Source: Gammaproteobacteria bacterium
Lineage (GTDB): Bacteria; Pseudomonadota; Gammaproteobacteria; GCA-001735895
Reading direction: 5' to 3'
Length of the DNA stretch: 62,294 nt
Assembly (NCBI GenBank): GCA_020354435.1
Contig: CP070646.1
Span: 3,030,275-3,092,568 of the forward strand
A program made the translations under genes and the position numbers. The notes beneath the pieces are model-generated. The model ran no database searches. It saw only the letters and a program-made list of their open reading frames with translations, and was not told the origin of the DNA. How positions within the stretch are numbered: the stretch's first letter is position 1; each line of letters starts with the position of its first letter. Shown piece after piece: positions 44,222 to 52,917 of the stretch.

Positions 44222-44888
44222 TTCGAGGGTTGAAGCCGTCCTATTCGATCTCGACGGCACGCTGATCGACACCGCGCCTGACATGGGTGGGGCGTTGAAT
44301 GATTTGCTGATCGAGGAAAACCTGGAACCCCTGCCGCTGGAAAAAATCCGCCCTTACGTTTCACAGGGTGGTCTGGTTCTGACCCGGCTGGGATTCGATG
44401 GCAAGGTACCGGAGTCACAAATCGAACCCCTGCGGCAAAGGTTTTTACACCACTATCGCGCAACCGTGGCCGACAATTCGCGCCTGTTCGACGGTTACGA
44501 TGCGATACTCGACGATCTGGAATCACGCCAGGTACCCTGGGGAATCGTGACCAACAAGCCCGAATGGCTGACACAGCCGCTGCTCGAACAGCTGGATCTT
44601 GGCAAGCGCTGCGCGGTCGTCATAGGTGGCGATACGCTGGCTCAGCGCAAACCGCATCCACTGCCGCTGCAGGTCGCCGCCGAGCGCATAGGTGTCAACT
44701 GCGATCGCTGCGTTTACGTCGGCGATGACGAGCGTGATATCGTCGCCGGCAAGGCTGCCAACATGAAAACCCTGGTAGCGGCATACGGCTATATCGAAAA
44801 TGCCGCCGATATCGAGCGCTGGGGCGCCGACGGCGTCATCGATAAACCCGCTGATCTGTTACGTCATCCGTTCCTGGCCCAGACATGA
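44214..44888 (+). CDS. mupP: HAD phosphatase (MupP / Gph-like)
   Basis: DLDGTLIDT, VTNK, KPHP and VGDDERD motifs; follows ubiG as in Pseudomonas mupP. Confidence 0.75.
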   Translation: MTDSRVEAVLFDLDGTLIDTAPDMGGALNDLLIEENLEPLPLEKIRPYVSQGGLVLTRLGFDGKVPESQIEPLRQRFLHHYRATVADNSRLFDGYDAILDDLESRQVPWGIVTNKPEWLTQPLLEQLDLGKRCAVVIGGDTLAQRKPHPLPLQVAAERIGVNCDRCVYVGDDERDIVAGKAANMKTLVAAYGYIENAADIERWGADGVIDKPADLLRHPFLAQT

Positions 44889-45634
44889 CCCGGATTCCCG
44901 ATCACTTCTCCCCCGCAACCGATTTACTGCAGGACAAGATCGTGCTCGTCACCGGTGCCACCGGCGGCTTCGGCAAGCCGGTATCGCAGGCGCTGGCGCG
45001 ACACGGCGCAACCGTGATTTTGCTGGCGCGCAACCTGCGCACGGTCGAAGCGCTTTACGACGAAATCGAACAGGACGGTTTTCCGACTCCGGCCATCTAC
45101 CCGATGAATCTCGAGGGTGCGACCGAGCACGACTACCAGGATCTCGCCAATAATATTGGCGATCAGCTCGGTCGGCTGGACGGCCTGATTCACTGCGCCG
45201 CGATACTCGGCGCGCCCACGGTATTCGCCCAGAGCGATGCCGAGACCTGGTACCAGGTGTTCCAGGTCAACCTGCATGCCCCCTATTTATTGACTCGTGC
45301 CTGCCTGCCGTTGCTGGAGCAGTCTGGCCAAGCCTCGATTCTATTCATGATCGATGATAAACCCGGTGCCTACTGGGACGCCTACCAGGTTAGCAAACAG
45401 GGACTGACGGCGATGGCCGGATTGCTCGCGCGCGAGTACGAAGGTACCGGTATCCGCGTGAACTGCTTCAATCCCGGCAAGACACGCACCAGCCTGCAGC
45501 TGCGCGCCTACCCGGCCGCCGACGAAAACGAGCGGCTACCATCGCCACAGGACCATGTCGATACTTTCCTCTACCTGATGTCGGACCTGTCTACGGAAAA
45601 CGGCGAAACCTTCACGCCCAATCTGTCCCGTTGA
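44885..45634 (+). CDS. yciK: YciK-like short-chain dehydrogenase
   Basis: VTGATGGFG and YQVSK (YxxxK) motifs; conserved synteny. Confidence 0.85.
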   Translation: MTRIPDHFSPATDLLQDKIVLVTGATGGFGKPVSQALARHGATVILLARNLRTVEALYDEIEQDGFPTPAIYPMNLEGATEHDYQDLANNIGDQLGRLDGLIHCAAILGAPTVFAQSDAETWYQVFQVNLHAPYLLTRACLPLLEQSGQASILFMIDDKPGAYWDAYQVSKQGLTAMAGLLAREYEGTGIRVNCFNPGKTRTSLQLRAYPAADENERLPSPQDHVDTFLYLMSDLSTENGETFTPNLSR

Positions 45635-45657
45635 TGCGCCTGACCTGCGACTTCGGT

Positions 45658-45760
45658 GTCATTGCGAGGACCGCGAGGCCGAAGGCCGCGGCGGGACGAA
45701 GCAATCTTGTAAGAATAGCTCCCGAAAATAACAAGATTGCTACGCTCCGCTCGCAATGAC
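45658..45760. repeat. 103-bp palindromic element (GTCATTGCGAG...CTCGCAATGAC type)
   Basis: 11-bp terminal IR, inner IR GCAATCTTGT/ACAAGATTGC and side hairpin CCGCG-AGGCC-gaa-GGCC-GCGG; lies between convergent genes. Confidence 0.85.
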
Positions 45761-45781
45761 AAGGCATCACGAAACCTGGTT

Positions 45782-46453
45782 TTATTTGTATCGGATCAGG
45801 AAAGCGGTCAACGAATAGCGATACAGGATCTTGAGGAAAATCATCAATACGATACGCTGGTAGAGTTCCACCAGACCGCGTAACCAGGGACTGCGCCCTT
45901 CGGGCTGCTTCCACAAATAGGATGAAACCCATCGCCCCGGTTCGCCGGTTTCGGTTTTCTTCATCGCCTCGCGGTATTCGCCGCAGACTTCCGGGTGGGC
46001 CTCGAGGCCGCTGACGATGTAGCCCAGGTATTCGTCGGTCGGTTTCAGGCCCGGGGTGGAACGGTTGGTCTGGTAATAATACAGCCGTTCACCATCCTGC
46101 TCGACCCAGGTACGCCGGTAACGCCTGATGATCGGTACCGCCTCGTAAAAATCCATGCGCGCCGCGTCCCTGAGTGAAAGCGTGTAGAGAAAACCGTAAA
46201 CCGACTCGCCAATGGCGGGCTCGACCGAAGCATAGGCGCAGCCGATCCAGGGCCCGGGGTGATCGAAACGCAGGCCATGATCGCGTAAGGTAAAGGGTTT
46301 CATCGCGAACGGTCTGATACGCCGCTCGTTCATGATTGCCTCGCTCAGGTTGGCACCGAAAGCCAGGTATTGCACTCGCTCACTGCCGTGACCCAGCAGG
46401 CGCCACAGATTGCAAAGCTCGAACAGCAGTCGCCAGACAATGTATCGCAGCAT
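45782..46453 (-). CDS. Gamma-glutamylcyclotransferase family protein
   Basis: YLAFGANL (YFAYGSNL-like), VYGFLYTL and MDFYE motifs; alternative start 46483. Confidence 0.75.
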   Translation of the reverse strand: MLRYIVWRLLFELCNLWRLLGHGSERVQYLAFGANLSEAIMNERRIRPFAMKPFTLRDHGLRFDHPGPWIGCAYASVEPAIGESVYGFLYTLSLRDAARMDFYEAVPIIRRYRRTWVEQDGERLYYYQTNRSTPGLKPTDEYLGYIVSGLEAHPEVCGEYREAMKKTETGEPGRWVSSYLWKQPEGRSPWLRGLVELYQRIVLMIFLKILYRYSLTAFLIRYK

Positions 46454-46532
46454 GACGGATACGAGATATCTAAAGGCCGGCAAGATACTGGGATATCAAT
46501 TGCCGGTCAATTGGTGAACATGAGGATCCGCG

Positions 46533-49500
46533 TTACTGATACTCGAAATAAAACTCGGATTGATCGAGGCAGCGCTGCAGCGCCAACAGGCAAGCTTCGT
46601 CCGCCTGCAGCGACCAGCCGCCATTGGTGCGTAACTGGCACTGGTATCCGTCATGACACAGGTGAAACACGACCGGCATCGCATCGCTTGAACTGTGCCG
46701 GTCGAGCAGATCGATGATCTGGTCGATCTCGTCACTGGCATGCCCGTTCAATCGGATATGCAGCGCACGTGCATTTTCGCTGCGGTAATCGTCCAGCAGT
46801 TGTACCCGATCAGCGCGCAGCTTTACGCCATTGTTAAAGTCATCGTAGGCGATCCCGCCATCGACCACCCAGACCAGGTCCTTTTGCAGAATCGATTCGA
46901 TGCGGGCCAGCAGATCGGGGAAGATGCGCACGTCCACCCGCCCGCTGCGGTCGTCCAGGGTAACGAAGGCCTCGCGCCCGCGAAAACTGTTACGCATGCG
47001 GATATCGACAACCAGGCCACAAACGCGGGCATCCTGTTCCTTCTGGCGGAATCGCTCACCGTTACCGCCGGTATCGAGACGCTCCAGCCACTGGGCCAGC
47101 GTGGTCGGCGCAATTTGCCGAATTTCTCTGTCGACCATGGCCAGCGGATGTCCCGTCAAAAACAGACCGAGGGCCTCTTTTTCCAGCATCAAGCGCTGTT
47201 TCTCGTCCCAGGCCTCGCAATCCGGCAGGTCGTGCGATTCTGCACCGGCCGGTGTAATGCTGCCGAACATATCGGTCATACCGGCGTTGAGGTTATTCTG
47301 CTGTTGCTCTGCAGCCTGCAGTGCACGGGGCAAATGCTGCATCAACGCCGCCCGGTTCGGGCTAAAGCAATCCATCGCGCCGCCCTTGATCAGCGCCTCG
47401 ATAACCTTGCGACCGGCCTTCGACGAATCGACGCGGGCACAAAAATCGTCTAGCGAGCGATATTCCTGTTCTCCGCGGCTGTCGACAATACTGTCGATCG
47501 CGCCCTGGCCGACACCCTTGATAGCACCGAGACCATAGTAAATTCGCTTTTCGTCGCCGGCGGTAAACTGATAGCCAGAGCGATTGACATCAGGCGGCCT
47601 TATGTCGAGGCGCATTTCGCGGCAGTCGTCGATCAGGGTGACAATCTTGTCAGTATTGTCCATATCCGCCGACAGCACCGCCGCCATGAATTCAGCCGGG
47701 TAATGCCGCTTCAGCCAGGCAGTCTGGTAAGACACCAGCGCATAACCGGCGGAGTGAGACTTGTTAAAGCCATAACCGGCGAACTTTTCCATCAGGTCGA
47801 AGATGTAGGTTGCGGTCGCCGCTTCGACCTGGTTGGCGACCGCGCCGTCGGTGAATATGGCGCGCTGCTTCTCCATTTCCTCGGGTTTCTTCTTGCCCAT
47901 CGCGCGTCGCAACATGTCGGCGCCACCGAGGGTGTATCCAGCCAGTACCTGCGCAATCTGCATGACCTGCTCCTGGTACAGTATGACGCCATAGGTCGGT
48001 TTCAGAATCGCCTCCAGTGCCGGGTGCGGGTACTCGACACGGGCGCGGCCGTGCTTGCGGTCGATGAAGTCGTCGACCATGCCGGATTGCAACGGACCCG
48101 GGCGAAACAGCGCCACCAGCGCGATGATGTCTTCGAAACTGTCCGGCTGCAGGCGGCGGATCAGGTCTTTCATGCCGCGAGATTCGAGCTGGAACACCGC
48201 GGTAGTCTGGTAAGCCTGCAGCAGCTCGAAGGTTTCCGCATCGTCCAGCGGAATACGTTCGATTTCGAGCCTGTCCTCGGGCGCGCGATTGCGGTTAATC
48301 GCCCGTACCGCCCAGTCGATGATGGTCAGGGTGCGCAGACCCAGGAAATCGAACTTGACCAGGCCGACCGCCTCGACGTCATCCTTGTCGTACTGCGATA
48401 CCAGCCCGGAACCACCGGCCTCGCAGTAAAGCGGAGTGAAATCAGTCAGATGACTCGGCGAAATCACGACCCCACCAGCATGTTTGCCGACGTTACGTGT
48501 CAGGCCTTCGAGCGAACGCGCCATGTCGATCAGCATGGTGACCTCTTCTTCCTGCTGGTACAGCTCGAGCAGTGCTTCCTCCTGTTCCAGCGCCTTGTCC
48601 AGCGTCATACCGACTTCGAAAGGCACCAGCTTGGCGATACGATCGACAAAACCATAGGGATGCGACATGACGCGGCCAACGTCGCGGATGACGGCCTTGG
48701 CGGCCATGCTGCCGTAAGTGATGATCTGCGATACCTGGTCGCGGCCGTAGTGATCGGCGACGTAGTCGATCACCTCGTCGCGCCGATCCATGCAAAAGTC
48801 GATATCGAAGTCCGGCATCGATACCCGTTCGGGATTGAGAAATCGTTCGAACAGCAGTTCGTAGGCCAGCGGGTCCAGGTCGGTAATATTCAGCGCGTAG
48901 GCCACCAGCGACCCCGCACCCGAGCCACGCCCGGGTCCAACCGGTATCTGGTGGTTCTTGGCCCATTCGATAAAGTCCATGACGATCAGGAAGTAACCCG
49001 GGAAACCCATCTCGATGATGACGTCGAGTTCGAGCTGCAGGCGCTCGTAATAAGGTTCACTTTCGAGCGTCTCGCCCTCGGCTAATTGTTGCCGCAAAAA
49101 CTCGAGGCGTCGCTCTAGTCCCTCTTCGGAAACGTGGCGAAAATAGGTGTCGGTGGTGTAACCATCGGGCACCGGGTATTCGGGCAGACAGGCTTCGCCG
49201 AGCGTCAAACGCAGGTTACAGCTCTCGGCAATGGCAACTGAATTCTGAATCGCCTGGGGAATGTCGCTGAACAGTTCGATCATTTCATCGGCGGATCGCA
49301 GATACTGCTGCGGCGAATACAGCTTCGGCCGACGCTCGTCTTCGAGTGTAAATCCGGTACAGATGCAGACCCGTACCTCGTGTGCCTCGAAATCAGCCTC
49401 GTCGATGAAGCGTACATCGTTGGTTGCGACCACCGGCACCTGCAATGCTTGCGACCACGCCACCGCTTGGCTGATATAGGCTTCTTCATGGGCACGACCG

Positions 49501-50018
49501 GTGCGCTGCAGTTCGAGAAAAAAGCGTGGACCGAACAAGTCGAGCCACTGCCGCAGGCAAGCTTCGGCAAGTTCGGTGTTCTGTATACGCAACGCCAGCC
49601 CGATATCGCCCTCGAGGCAGGCCGAAAGTGCAATCAGGCCATCGCTGGACTCACGCAGCCAGTCGATATCGATCGTCGCCCGGTCGGCGGCTTGTCCCTC
49701 CAGGTAGGCTCGCGATACCAGTCGTTTCAGATTCAGGTAACCCTGTTCGTTCTGGCACAAAAGCACCAGGCGACTGAGCGGCTCGGTGCGCTCGTCGTGT
49801 CTGATCCAGACATCGGCGCCGAAAATCGGCTTGACTCCCATCGCGGTCGCCGTCTTGTAATGCTTGACCACGGCAAACATGTTGTTCAGGTCGGTCAGCG
49901 CAAAAGCGCCCATACCGCGGGCGCGCACCTGTTCTACCAGCGGCTTGAGCCGGACCGTGCTGTCCTGCAGCGAATACTCGCTGTGCAGGTGCAAATGGAC
50001 GAAACGGTCAGTTCGCAT
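46533..50018 (-). CDS. dnaE: DNA polymerase III alpha subunit
   Basis: PHP HLHLHSEYS, GPGRGSGAGS, SMPDFDIDF, KFDFLGL and GFNKSH motifs. Confidence 0.98.
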   Translation of the reverse strand: MRTDRFVHLHLHSEYSLQDSTVRLKPLVEQVRARGMGAFALTDLNNMFAVVKHYKTATAMGVKPIFGADVWIRHDERTEPLSRLVLLCQNEQGYLNLKRLVSRAYLEGQAADRATIDIDWLRESSDGLIALSACLEGDIGLALRIQNTELAEACLRQWLDLFGPRFFLELQRTGRAHEEAYISQAVAWSQALQVPVVATNDVRFIDEADFEAHEVRVCICTGFTLEDERRPKLYSPQQYLRSADEMIELFSDIPQAIQNSVAIAESCNLRLTLGEACLPEYPVPDGYTTDTYFRHVSEEGLERRLEFLRQQLAEGETLESEPYYERLQLELDVIIEMGFPGYFLIVMDFIEWAKNHQIPVGPGRGSGAGSLVAYALNITDLDPLAYELLFERFLNPERVSMPDFDIDFCMDRRDEVIDYVADHYGRDQVSQIITYGSMAAKAVIRDVGRVMSHPYGFVDRIAKLVPFEVGMTLDKALEQEEALLELYQQEEEVTMLIDMARSLEGLTRNVGKHAGGVVISPSHLTDFTPLYCEAGGSGLVSQYDKDDVEAVGLVKFDFLGLRTLTIIDWAVRAINRNRAPEDRLEIERIPLDDAETFELLQAYQTTAVFQLESRGMKDLIRRLQPDSFEDIIALVALFRPGPLQSGMVDDFIDRKHGRARVEYPHPALEAILKPTYGVILYQEQVMQIAQVLAGYTLGGADMLRRAMGKKKPEEMEKQRAIFTDGAVANQVEAATATYIFDLMEKFAGYGFNKSHSAGYALVSYQTAWLKRHYPAEFMAAVLSADMDNTDKIVTLIDDCREMRLDIRPPDVNRSGYQFTAGDEKRIYYGLGAIKGVGQGAIDSIVDSRGEQEYRSLDDFCARVDSSKAGRKVIEALIKGGAMDCFSPNRAALMQHLPRALQAAEQQQNNLNAGMTDMFGSITPAGAESHDLPDCEAWDEKQRLMLEKEALGLFLTGHPLAMVDREIRQIAPTTLAQWLERLDTGGNGERFRQKEQDARVCGLVVDIRMRNSFRGREAFVTLDDRSGRVDVRIFPDLLARIESILQKDLVWVVDGGIAYDDFNNGVKLRADRVQLLDDYRSENARALHIRLNGHASDEIDQIIDLLDRHSSSDAMPVVFHLCHDGYQCQLRTNGGWSLQADEACLLALQRCLDQSEFYFEYQ

Positions 50019-50234
50019 ATCTCACCGGTTTACCTAGCGAGGGCGTCGCAAAGACGCTGCGGCGGTCTGCACAACCCGATGTGCCAAAGGCACATCGGGG
50101 GAAAGGCCCGCGTAGGCGTAGTCCAATACTACGTTGAGTGGGCCGTCGAACCCGATGTGCTAAAGCACATCGGGGTAGGCCGTCACAGTGCGCTTTGCGA
50201 CGTCCGCAGCAGGAAACCGGTGAGATATGCGAGC
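50011..50234. repeat. 224-nt structured MITE-like element with 19-bp perfect terminal IR and three internal hairpins
   Basis: TCGCATATCTCACCGGTTT (50013-50031) / AAACCGGTGAGATATGCGA (50214-50232); inner arms 50041-50070 / 50175-50205; twin hairpins 50075-50099 and 50151-50174; central hairpin 50105-50144. Confidence 0.85.
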
Positions 50235-50848
50235 TAATCATTCAGCAATTCCCTGACCGGCTTGAAGCTGCGCCGGTGTACCGCCGAAACGCCATGCTTC
50301 TTCAGCATTTCCCTATGCAACGCGGTCGGGTAACCCTTGTGTTGCGCAAAGCAGTACTCGGGAAAGCGACGATCGAGCTCCAGCATTTGCCGATCGCGAT
50401 AATTCTTGGCCAGAATCGATGCCGCAGAAATACAGGGTTCGTAAAGATCGCCCTTGACGATGGCATACAGCTGATAACCCTCGACCACGGGTAATCGGTT
50501 GCCGTCGACCAGCACTTCGTCCGGCTTCGGCTGCAGGTTCAGCAAAGCGCGTTTCATCGCCAGCAAGCTGGCCTGCAGGATATTGATGTCATCGACTTCC
50601 CGGTGGCTGGCCTCGGCGATTGCCCAGGCGCGCGCTTTTTGCTTTATTTCGGATTCGAGCGAGAGACGCTGACGCTCTGAGAGTTTCTTGGAATCGGTCA
50701 GGCCTGCGACCGGGCGGGCCTCGTCGAGTATCACCGCGGCGGCGACAACCGAGCCCGCCAGCGGACCGCGGCCGGCCTCGTCGATACCGGCAACAAGCCG
50801 GGACTTCTGAGCAGGACAGGCTTGCTTCGCAATTGGGTTTTCAAGCAT
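50234..50848 (-). CDS. rnhB: Ribonuclease HII
   Basis: [26 protein letters not shown] and HKGYPT motifs. Confidence 0.97.
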   Translation of the reverse strand: MLENPIAKQACPAQKSRLVAGIDEAGRGPLAGSVVAAAVILDEARPVAGLTDSKKLSERQRLSLESEIKQKARAWAIAEASHREVDDINILQASLLAMKRALLNLQPKPDEVLVDGNRLPVVEGYQLYAIVKGDLYEPCISAASILAKNYRDRQMLELDRRFPEYCFAQHKGYPTALHREMLKKHGVSAVHRRSFKPVRELLND

Positions 50849-50884
50849 ATATAATGCGCCGTTTGAAATTTACCCCTGCCACTT

Positions 50885-51829
50885 ATGTCTCAATTACTCA
50901 AGGTTGCCGTTGTTGGTGCAGGTCACCTCGGCAAATGGCATGCTGACAAATACGCCGCCTGCGCCGATTGTGAACTGGTTGCAGTGGTGGATACCAACGC
51001 CGAAAACGCGGGTGCGATCGCGGACAAACATGGTGCCGAGCCGTTTGCCGATTATCGCGATATCATTTCAATGGTCGACGCGATCAGCCTGGTGGTTCCA
51101 ACCAGCCTGCATTATAAAATCGGGCGCGAGTTTCTGGAAGCGGGAATTCACTGTTTGATCGAAAAACCGGTCACCGAAACGGCCGACGAAGCCGAAACCC
51201 TGATTCGGATCGCGGCCGAACAGGGCGCCGTACTGCAGGTTGGACATATCGAACGCTTTAACAGCGTCATGCTCGGCATTACCCCGCACCTGCACCAACC
51301 GCAATTCATCGAATCCACCCGACTGGCACCCTTCACCCTGCGCGCGACCGATGTCAGCGTTATCCTCGACCTGATGATTCACGATATCGATATCATCCTG
51401 GACCTGGTCGATAGTCCGATTGCGCGGGTTTCGGCCAGCGGCATTTCGGTGCTGTCCGATACCATCGATATCGCCAATGCGCGCATCGAGTTCGAGAATC
51501 ACTGCGTAGCCAACGTCACCGCGAGCCGCATCAGTCGTAAACGCGAACGTAAGCTGCGAATTTTCCAGAAGGACGCCTATCTTTCCGCAGATTTCCAGGA
51601 AAAGATCCTGGCGATTAATCGCAAGGGTGAAACAGACAATCCCGAGGGTTACAAGGATATCTCCCACCAGGAGCTGAACTTCGAGGATAACGATGCGTTA
51701 AACCTCGAAGTGCTGGATTTCGTCAACGCGATCAAGACCGGAGGGCGCCCGCTGGTGGATGGCGCCGACGGCAAGCGTGCACTGGAAACTGCAATCGAAA
51801 TTACGTCACAGATCAAGCAATCGTTATGA
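50885..51829 (+). CDS. gnnA: Gfo/Idh/MocA oxidoreductase, probable UDP-GlcNAc 3-dehydrogenase
   Basis: VVGAGHLGKWH, IEKP, VGHIERFN and DLMIHDID motifs; followed by a DegT aminotransferase and lpxB. Confidence 0.8.
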   Translation: MSQLLKVAVVGAGHLGKWHADKYAACADCELVAVVDTNAENAGAIADKHGAEPFADYRDIISMVDAISLVVPTSLHYKIGREFLEAGIHCLIEKPVTETADEAETLIRIAAEQGAVLQVGHIERFNSVMLGITPHLHQPQFIESTRLAPFTLRATDVSVILDLMIHDIDIILDLVDSPIARVSASGISVLSDTIDIANARIEFENHCVANVTASRISRKRERKLRIFQKDAYLSADFQEKILAINRKGETDNPEGYKDISHQELNFEDNDALNLEVLDFVNAIKTGGRPLVDGADGKRALETAIEITSQIKQSL

Positions 51830-52917
51830 ATATACCCATGGTTGACCTGAAGGGTCAGTACGAAACTATCAAAACCGAAATCGACAGCGCCATCCTGCAG
51901 GCGCTCGGCGAAACCCGTTTCATCCTCGGCCCCAACGTGCAGGCTTTCGATCAGGAAGCGGCCGAGTATCTCGGCGTGCAGCATGCGATCAGTTGCGCCA
52001 ACGGCACCGACGCATTACATCTCGCCCTGCTCGCCAGCGGGATTCAACCGGGAGACGAGGTAATAACCAGCGCATTCACGTTCATCGCCACCGCCGAAGC
52101 CATTAGCTTTATCGGTGCAACGCCTGTTTTTGTCGATATTCAGCCGCATAGCTTCAATATCGATCCCGACCAGATCAGGGCCGCCATCACCGACAAAACC
52201 AGGGCCATACTGCCGGTTCACCTGTTTGGCCAGCCTGCCGATATGAAGGAAATTCTCGCACTGGCGGAAGAATTCGATTTGCTGGTCATCGAAGACTGCG
52301 CGCAATCCTTCGGCAGTCGCTATGCCGGCAGTGCTACCGGGAATATTGGATTGGCGGGGGCGTTCAGCTTTTTTCCGAGCAAGAACCTCGGCTGCTACGG
52401 CGATGGCGGCATGGTGACCACCAATGATGATGATACGGCGACCCAGATCAAAATGTTGCGTAACCATGGCAGCAGCCAGCAGTACCATCACGACGTTATC
52501 GGGGTTAATAGTCGCCTCGACGAACTGCAGGCCGTTATCCTGCGCATAAAACTCAGACATATCGACGAGTACAATCGTAAACGCCTCGATGTTGCCAGGG
52601 CCTATAACGACAGACTGGCCGGCAGCCGCTTCGAAGCGCCAGCGATCCCTGATGATCGCGATCACGTGTTCCACCAGTACACGCTGTTGTGCGACGGACG
52701 CGACGCGGTGCGCGAAGCGGTACTCGCCAAAGGCGTCGCCTGTGCGATCTACTACCCGATTCCGCTGCATATGCAAAAAGCTTTTGCCGATACCGAGCAG
52801 CCCCGGCTGCCGATCACCGAAGCCACCGCGAAACGTTGCCTGTCCTTGCCGATATTTCCGGAAATGACCGGGCAACAAATCGACACCGTGTGCGAGGCCG
52901 TATTGAGCGCGGCATGA
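51826..52917 (+). CDS. gnnB: DegT/DnrJ/EryC1/StrS aminotransferase, probable UDP-3-keto-GlcNAc transaminase
   Basis: ANGTDAL, EDCAQ, SFFPSKNLG (PLP Lys) and NSRLDELQA motifs; overlaps gnnA and lpxB. Confidence 0.8.
   Translation: MNIPMVDLKGQYETIKTEIDSAILQALGETRFILGPNVQAFDQEAAEYLGVQHAISCANGTDALHLALLASGIQPGDEVITSAFTFIATAEAISFIGATPVFVDIQPHSFNIDPDQIRAAITDKTRAILPVHLFGQPADMKEILALAEEFDLLVIEDCAQSFGSRYAGSATGNIGLAGAFSFFPSKNLGCYGDGGMVTTNDDDTATQIKMLRNHGSSQQYHHDVIGVNSRLDELQAVILRIKLRHIDEYNRKRLDVARAYNDRLAGSRFEAPAIPDDRDHVFHQYTLLCDGRDAVREAVLAKGVACAIYYPIPLHMQKAFADTEQPRLPITEATAKRCLSLPIFPEMTGQQIDTVCEAVLSAA

Noticed and set aside
47703-49085. 460-aa ORF antisense to dnaE, and similar long antisense ORFs over gyrA, pyrG, eno, rpsA and recN
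   Set aside because: Shadow ORFs from codon bias on the opposite strand of conserved genes; no recognisable domains.
49400-50018. Degenerate PHP metal site in DnaE
   Set aside because: TDLN, GADV and NDVRF match the E. coli-type inactive PHP, which is ordinary for gammaproteobacteria that use DnaQ.
50073-50175. Twin hairpin repeats as a mini CRISPR array
   Set aside because: Only two copies, nested in a larger inverted repeat; the intervening sequence is itself a hairpin; no cas genes.
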